A DNA stretch of 64,000 nucleotides from Obrimoposthia wandeli (lineage: Eukaryota), in NCBI GenBank assembly GCA_977020255.1, contig CDROCS010001306.1, positions 310,001-374,000 of the forward strand. The letters are read 5' to 3'. The position numbers were made by a program, and so were the translations under genes. This document shows positions 10,818-16,648 of this stretch, in pieces. The first letter of the stretch is position 1. Each line of letters starts with the position of its first letter. The notes beneath the pieces were generated by a model, which searched no databases, was not told the DNA's origin, and was given only the letters and a program-made list of their open reading frames with translations.

Positions 10818-10850
10818 TGCTTATATACTATACATCTGAAATCTGATTGG
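10818..10850 (-). promoter_or_regulatory. Putative promoter heading the ATPase-to-capsid gene run: CCAATCAGATT plus TAGTATATAAGCA
   Basis: CCAAT at 10850-10846 and TATA 13-mer at 10830-10818, ~30 nt upstream of the ATG at 10789. The motifs match the polB promoter and 51923-51950. Confidence 0.65.
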
Positions 10851-10860
10851 TTAATAAATA

Positions 10861-11010
10861 CACTGACTAATAAAGACACTAAAGACACTGACTAATAAAG
10901 ACACTGACTAATAAAGACACTGACTAATAAAGACACTGACTAATAAAGACACTGACTAATAAAGACACTGACTAATAAAGACACTGATTAATAAAAACAC
11001 TGATTAAAGA
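10861..11010. repeat. 16-bp tandem repeat (CACTGACTAATAAAGA), ~9 units
   Basis: Six perfect consecutive units at 10886-10981, one at 10861 and two degenerate units at 10982-11010. Confidence 0.95.
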
Positions 11011-11026
11011 TAAAGACGAATAAAAT

Positions 11027-11761
11027 TTACACATGATAACGATTAAAAATACGTATTTGATGAAGCATAGCTTCATTAGGAGCAGCAATAGTCCGTTTAG
11101 CTTTAACAAGATTCGAAGCAGCAGTAACACCAATCGAATGAGATAAAAATGCAATAACAATGCAAGCAGCATGTAAACTACCATAATGACCACATACTAA
11201 AATCTTACCACCATTTTCGATAGTTTCTTTAATTATATTATTAGTCTGTTTATAATACTTCATTATTGTTTCTCCTAATTTTGAGTTTACAAAGACAGAA
11301 GTATATTTTAATTCCTTATAAGATATTTTATCCAGTATATATGTATTGATTACATGAGTGAAATTGGAGTTCAAAAGATTAGTTTCATCAAACCCATCTC
11401 TATAATTACCAATATATAATTGATTTACTAAAATCTCACTCATCGCTGTTTTGTTTAACTTTTCTACATTAAGTTGAGTAAATCTAGCACTAAACAAACT
11501 ATCAAAAAGATGGGTCATGTGGTTCATTTCCATACTCGAAGCATGAGCTATTATGGGTTCCATAAAAGCCAAAGCATTTAAAAAATCTATCCGTCTCTTA
11601 TCTTCAATAATTGGATCTATAATAATTTCTTCTTCTGTCGTCACTTCATCAATAGTTTCTTCTCTTCTTATAACTGTTGTTGTTGTTGGTGGTGGTGATG
11701 ATGTTACTGATGATGTTGCTGGCGATGATGTTGCTTCTGGTGCTGAATTGATTTTCTCCAT
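11027..11761 (-). CDS. Dual-specificity phosphatase-fold protein, predicted catalytically dead (pseudophosphatase)
   Basis: SEIL..QLYIGNY...L....FTHVIN, GGKILV..., IVIAFL and V.AKR..AAPN...QI match the DSP fold. The signature HCxxGxSRS reads CGHYGSLHA. The N-terminus is a Ser/Thr/Pro-rich then acidic extension. Confidence 0.85.
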   Translation of the reverse strand: MEKINSAPEATSSPATSSVTSSPPPTTTTVIRREETIDEVTTEEEIIIDPIIEDKRRIDFLNALAFMEPIIAHASSMEMNHMTHLFDSLFSARFTQLNVEKLNKTAMSEILVNQLYIGNYRDGFDETNLLNSNFTHVINTYILDKISYKELKYTSVFVNSKLGETIMKYYKQTNNIIKETIENGGKILVCGHYGSLHAACIVIAFLSHSIGVTAASNLVKAKRTIAAPNEAMLHQIRIFNRYHV

Positions 11762-11794
11762 TTTATCAATTCCGAGTCAATTTAGTCTTATATA

Positions 11795-12038
11795 TTAAAC
11801 AAGGTTAGATTTCATTGGAGCATCAGTTTCATCATATGATTTGATTGGAGTATTATTCAATCTTTCCATTGTACTTAACATCTCATGTAAATGTAGTTGA
11901 TGACGTAACCTAAAGAGTTAAATAAACTACATATAAATATTACTCATGATTATTTTTCCTAATTAAAGCATTGAGAATAACTGAAGCAAGATCTTTTAAT
12001 GCATCCTGAACCTCTTTACATTCAATAATTTCATCCAT
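11795..12038 (-). CDS. Hypothetical 69-aa two-exon protein
   Basis: Exons 12038-11944 and 11909-11795 are joined in phase by a 34-nt GTAATA...CTTTAG intron (MDEIIECKEVQDALKDL...NNHE/LRHQLHLHEML...SNLV*). It is not in the ORF track. Confidence 0.45.
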
Positions 12039-12079
12039 TTTATGATAAAGCAAATCAAATATTGTTTATAACCCATGAA

Positions 12080-12280
12080 AAATCTATTTTTAGACCACAA
12101 CTATTTGCAACATTACAACGTTTGCAACTATTTGCAAGTAATGACATGTGATGTCTTTGTCTCTAAGATAAATCTATTTTTAGACCACATTACAACTTTT
12201 GCAACATTACAACTATTTGCAACTATTTGCAAGTAATGACATGTGATGTCTTTGTCTCTAAGAGAAATCTATTTTTAAAA
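12080..12280. repeat. ~90-95-bp tandem duplication (~2.2 copies) with internal TTTGCAAC sub-repeats
   Basis: AATCTATTTTT recurs at 12081, 12171 and 12266, and GCAAGTAATGACATGTGATGTCTTTGTCTCTAAGA occurs twice. Confidence 0.85.
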
Positions 12281-12805
12281 CTATTTGATTTAGGAAATAA
12301 ATAACACAAGTGTGAAGATCTATATTAAACAAAATACATTCAATCAGATACTCATAGTTTAAAGATTTAACACCGAGTATCATAATCTTCCCGCTAGCAA
12401 AAATGTTCACGCATAGGGGATTGTATTTGACGTATCGAAGTCCTGGGAAGATTTCTGGCTCGTAAACAGCTTCCGATCCCATACTCTTGCTCATCTTGTT
12501 TAGGTTTATTGATGTTTCTAGATTGCTGCTGAGACTGATTGATTAGATTCTTTCGATTTTTATATCAAAAGGAAGACTGCTTTCATCCAGCACTGTTTTA
12601 CAACCCATTATTCTGCATGTCTTTAAATTGTAATTATATATAAATGTAAAAATAAATTACCAGATTTAAAAATGATAATAGTGTAACCTTCACACTTGAG
12701 TCGATACTGATGAGGCTTTGAAGTCCGAAATGGTAAGTGTTGAATGTTACTTACAACCATTCCCTTGTAATTAATATTCACTAATTTGATATTGTGAAGT
12801 AGCAT
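12258..12805 (-). pseudogene. TATA-binding-protein (TBP)-like gene, two exons, with an in-frame TAA
   Basis: Exon 1 has KLVNINY...TIIIFKSG. Exon 2 has CRIMGCKT...ERI*SISLSSNL..SINLNKM...YEPEIFPGLRY...VNIFASGKIMILGVK, i.e. both TBP repeats. The TAA at 12543-12545 is at an expected Gln. The GTAATT donor is at 12660, but the nearest AG gives an out-of-frame join, so the junction is unresolved. Confidence 0.8.
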
Positions 12806-12862
12806 TTCTGATTATTATAAATTATTATTTTTAGATTGCATGTCTTTGTTTAATTGCCTATG

Positions 12863-13213
12863 CTATGTAAATCTAATATTTCTTACTCGTCTAATGATAA
12901 TTGTCTTGCAATATGGACATGTAATAAAACGATCTGAACATTTAATACACGTGTTTAAGTGTCCACATGGTAAAAATGCCACGGAAAACGCATCGCTCAT
13001 GCAAACAACACATTCGGGATTAGGTAAGAGGTACTCCAGATAATTTATACGTTGTTTTGGTTCAGATTTTATTTCTAAAGATTTTAAATCCGTTATATAC
13101 TCATATATAGAATCATATTTGTTACCGAATGTTTTAAATCTATTAACTAAAACGGCTTTGATTCTATCATGGCTATAATCACGTTTCAGCAAAACTATTT
13201 GACGAGTTTCCAT
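12863..13213 (-). CDS. IAP-type RING finger protein preceded by an IAP-like UBA region, with no BIR domain
   Basis: CVVC...FLPCGH..C..C.....CPYC...I is a C3HC4 RING at the extreme C-terminus. The upstream DYSHDRIKAVL..RFKTFGNKYDSIYEYITDL resembles the XIAP/cIAP UBA. ATG at 13213 (the ORF is open to 13297). Confidence 0.8.
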   Translation of the reverse strand: METRQIVLLKRDYSHDRIKAVLVNRFKTFGNKYDSIYEYITDLKSLEIKSEPKQRINYLEYLLPNPECVVCMSDAFSVAFLPCGHLNTCIKCSDRFITCPYCKTIIIRRVRNIRFT

Positions 13214-13393
13214 CTGAGCATCAATTTCATTATTACTAATATGTGAGCCCTTTAAGGATATGACTAATACTAGACGATAAACAAGAATGTTAACCAATTG
13301 AGACTAATCAATTTTCATAAACAAGAATATCGACCAATTAGAATCGAGCTTTAGAGGATAAACAATTGAATATTTCAATTTATAATTGTCAAT

Positions 13394-13783
13394 ATGAATT
13401 TCGAAAAGCTATATCAACCTATGCATACATATTATGGATATGAGATGGACTTTTTGAAGAAAGCTCATAACTATAATTTTATTTTTCCTGTCAACATCGA
13501 GCCGCTTAAATTTGATTTTGAAATATCAAATTTGACTTCTGTGGATAAAGAGAGAATCAATATTCTCTTGACTCAATTCGGAATCAACTATGCGCTTCAG
13601 GAAAACAAATTCGTAATCAAAGGATCAACTGCCACTTTCAAGCATGAGAATGGAACAATATACGAAGCACCTCCTCCTAAGCTAGAATGGATTATCTCAA
13701 TCAGAATTCAAGGATGCAAGATCGGGCCCAGTGGATTGGAAACACCGATATGGAAAATAATTGATGCTGTTAGAGTTGACTAA
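13394..13783 (+). CDS. Hypothetical 129-aa protein, divergently transcribed
   Basis: Intact ATG-to-stop ORF with globular-looking composition and no recognised family. Confidence 0.6.
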   Translation: MNFEKLYQPMHTYYGYEMDFLKKAHNYNFIFPVNIEPLKFDFEISNLTSVDKERINILLTQFGINYALQENKFVIKGSTATFKHENGTIYEAPPPKLEWIISIRIQGCKIGPSGLETPIWKIIDAVRVD

Positions 13784-13850
13784 TACATTTTTGTGTCTTT
13801 ATTTGTATTATTTTATATATATAAACAATAGTGATACTTTAATATTTATT

Positions 13851-14201
13851 ATGAAAATGACTAAAAAACCTACTAAATCATTAAAGACTAAGGTTAAAAA
13901 GACTATGAGTAAAAAGAAAATCATGGAGGGTTTGGGTATTCATATGATGGCAGCAAATCTTTTAGGTAGATGGTTTGGCGGAGTTGATAAAAAAGCTATA
14001 AAGCACAAAAAAAATGTGGATTATTTGAGAGGTATACAAAATCAGAAACGAGTGCAAAAAGGAGATGGTATACAAAAAGGGGATGGTATGCTTGATATTT
14101 TTGTAAAATTAGATAAACTTACAAAAGCATTTGAAAAGGATCCTAGTGCCTATCTTGGTCCAAAACTAAACTTTTTAGCAAACCAACCAAAAACTTTGTA
14201 A
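13851..14201 (+). CDS. Lys-rich core-like protein with adenain-type sites
   Basis: Basic N-terminus with MEGLG, WFGG and two QKGDG motifs. The ATG at 13851 is preferred over the ORF-track start at 13761. Confidence 0.6.
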   Translation: MKMTKKPTKSLKTKVKKTMSKKKIMEGLGIHMMAANLLGRWFGGVDKKAIKHKKNVDYLRGIQNQKRVQKGDGIQKGDGMLDIFVKLDKLTKAFEKDPSAYLGPKLNFLANQPKTL

Positions 14202-14410
14202 TTACATTGCAATATAGATGCAGAGTGTCTTTGTTAGACACTCACGAATAAATATATATATGTATAAGAATAAATGTTACTATTGATTACATAAAGATGC
14301 AAGTATTTGCAATATAGATGCGTGACTGTCTTTGTTAGATAGATGATTTTCAAAGTAATGATTTTCACAATGATTTTCACAATGATTTTAATAAATGTTT
14401 TTATTTCCAG

Positions 14411-15836
14411 GACTGACTTTCGCGAGTGCTTTCAAATCCCTGCTTCGTCCGGCTTCTTCTTCTTCTCCCGTTGTGCGAGTCGAGCTAATACAGGATCCAG
14501 AAATGTACCGACTCTTCCGGTCTGGGATTCGCGGGGGTATGACATTTGTTAATGGACACCGCGTTGACGCCATCAATGGTACAGAACTTTTGTACATTGA
14601 TGTAAATAATTTGTACGGGTGGGCTATGTCCCAGTTTTTACCTTGTGGTAACTTTTCCTGAGTGACTGATCGGTTAGAGTTGGGGAATATTATTTCCAGC
14701 TTAAAATCAGCAGATTTATCCTGTAGTCGTTTCGCTCATTTATTGGAAATAGATTTATCCATTCCCAACGAGCTTCATAATAAATTCGACGATCTTCCCC
14801 TTGCTCCCATTAAACAGCGTCCACCAGGGTGTAAGACTGAAAAATTGTTATTAACGCATTACCCTAAGAAACATTATGTTGTGCATTCTAGATTGCTACA
14901 AATGTACGTTAGACTTGGTGCTAAGGTAGATTTTGTATATAGAGCAATACAGTTTGAACAAACTAATGTTTTTTCAAAATATATTGAGGATAATTCTCTC
15001 AAAAGAGCTGCAGCTACAACAGATTTCGAGCGGGATTACTACAAACTGAAGGTGAATTCTTTATTTGGAAAACTCATTGAGAATCTGATGAAAAGAATTA
15101 ACCTCCGGATTTGTAATACTCCACAGAAGCTGGTTACCTATTGCAGTAAAGCCCACTTTCGTAGGACAATCGAAATCGATACGGACCTTATTGCAGTTTT
15201 ACTGGATAAGGAAAATATTGTTTTGGATCGTCCTAGTTACATGGGCCAGGCAGTATTAGATTTAAGCAAACTTCGTATGTATGAGCTACAATATGAGCAG
15301 TTGGAGAAATATCGAGTTCAATTTAACTGCGACATTAGAATTATAGCGGGTGACACTGATAGCTTTTTCTTAAAGTGTAATAATGTCAATGTTCAAGAAT
15401 CACTGTTACCTGCTATGATTGCTGATGGACTGTTGGATACCTCGAAATTTCCAAAAACCCATCCGCTTTATACGACGCTTAATACAGCGATAGGAAAATT
15501 TAAAGATGAGAGTAAGGGATTATTTAGTTATAGGCAAGGGATTTTCTACGACCAAAATCATATAGCCTAGAGACTACAGAAGGTGAATCTCAGATGAGAG
15601 CGAAAGGTATTAGTCTCCGACAAACGAGTATTAGGCACTCTAATTACTTAGCCGTATATGAGAGTGGCGTTAGCGAGCGTGTACAACAACAACGTATAAG
15701 CTCGCTAAATCATCAAATTTTTACTGTAAGGTTAAGTAAAATTGCCTTAAGTAGTAGTGATGATAAGCGCAAGTGGGTGGAGAAAAACCGTTCAGTCGCC
15801 TATGGTCACTTTTTATACCCGGACGAGGTTGTATAA
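14411..15836 (+). pseudogene. polB: Second copy of the pPolB polymerase-domain exon inside the right TIR
   Basis: Protein sequence matches the left copy, with the splice acceptor TTTCCAG retained (14404-14410). It has the same TGA (14659-14661) and a private 1-bp deletion at 15542-15545. No copy of the large upstream exon is present. Confidence 0.93.
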
Positions 15837-16225
15837 ACTTTTTATATGTGTTGTACATATTTTTATTCTCCTTTGTGATTTTAAGGAATATATGTGTTTG
15901 AAATACTTGTCTTTATTTACATAAATTTGCAGGTTTTTGCAATATAGATGCAGTACGTGACTGTCTTTGTTAGATCGATATAGGAACGTTTAAACATGAT
16001 TATCAAATTATATAATACTTTATTTTATAAGTAGATAGTTTAATTTAATTTAGTTTAAATAAATTTATCAAATTATATAATACTTTATTTTATAAGTAGA
16101 TAATTTAATTTAAATTATATAACACACACACACACTAGATGTATTTTGTTGAAATGGTGTTAATACAGTCTTTAGATAAAAAAGATATATAGATTTAAAG
16201 AATGTTACTAAAAATAGATTATTTT

Positions 16226-16648
16226 TGACCTCACCGTGACCTTAAGTTGTCCTCATGACGTCATGACCTTAAGTTGACCTTAAAGTACATTGACCTTAAC
16301 TTGACTTGACCTCATGAGGTCATGACCTACATATTGTCCTCACCGTGACCTTAAGTTGTCCTCACCGTGACCTTAAGTTGACCTCATGAGGTCATGTCCT
16401 CACCGTGACCTTAATCTGTGCTCAAGGGGGGGGGGGTATGCTCAAAATGTCTTTGTCCTGAAAGACACACATCCCCCTACTTGATGTGTGTCTTTCAGGA
16501 CAAAGACATTTTTCCTGAGCATAGGGGGGGTCATGACCTCATGAGGTCATGACCTAGATTTTTCCCATGACCTCATGAGGTCATGACCTACATCTTGACC
16601 TCACCGTGACCTTAACTTGACCTACATTTTTTGTCCTCAACTTGACCT
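16226..16648. promoter_or_regulatory. Subterminal array of TGACCT/AGGTCA hexamers and palindromes
   Basis: By eye, ~19 TGACCT plus 4 AGGTCA in ~425 bp. AGGTCATGACCT is at 16317, 16544 and 16578, a 26-bp perfect palindrome at 16529-16554, and TGACGTCA at 16256. Function is inferred, not shown. Confidence 0.7.
16437..16523. repeat. Perfect 30-bp hairpin with 9-nt loop, flanked by G-runs
   Basis: 16444-16473 is the exact reverse complement of 16483-16512. An outer stem TATGCTCA/TGAGCATA is present, with G11 at 16426-16436 and G7 at 16524-16530. Confidence 0.95.

Noticed and set aside
10972-11193. Leu-rich 73-aa ORF and the N-terminal extension of ORF 10511-10888
   Set aside because: They are alternative-frame or repeat-derived readings overlapping the DSP gene and promoter.
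5658-12545. Stop-codon reassignment (TAA=Gln, TGA=Trp) explaining the in-frame stops
   Set aside because: TAA terminates polB (460-462) and MCP (5658-5660) at their expected C-termini, and CAA and TGG are used normally, so these are point lesions rather than an alternative code.
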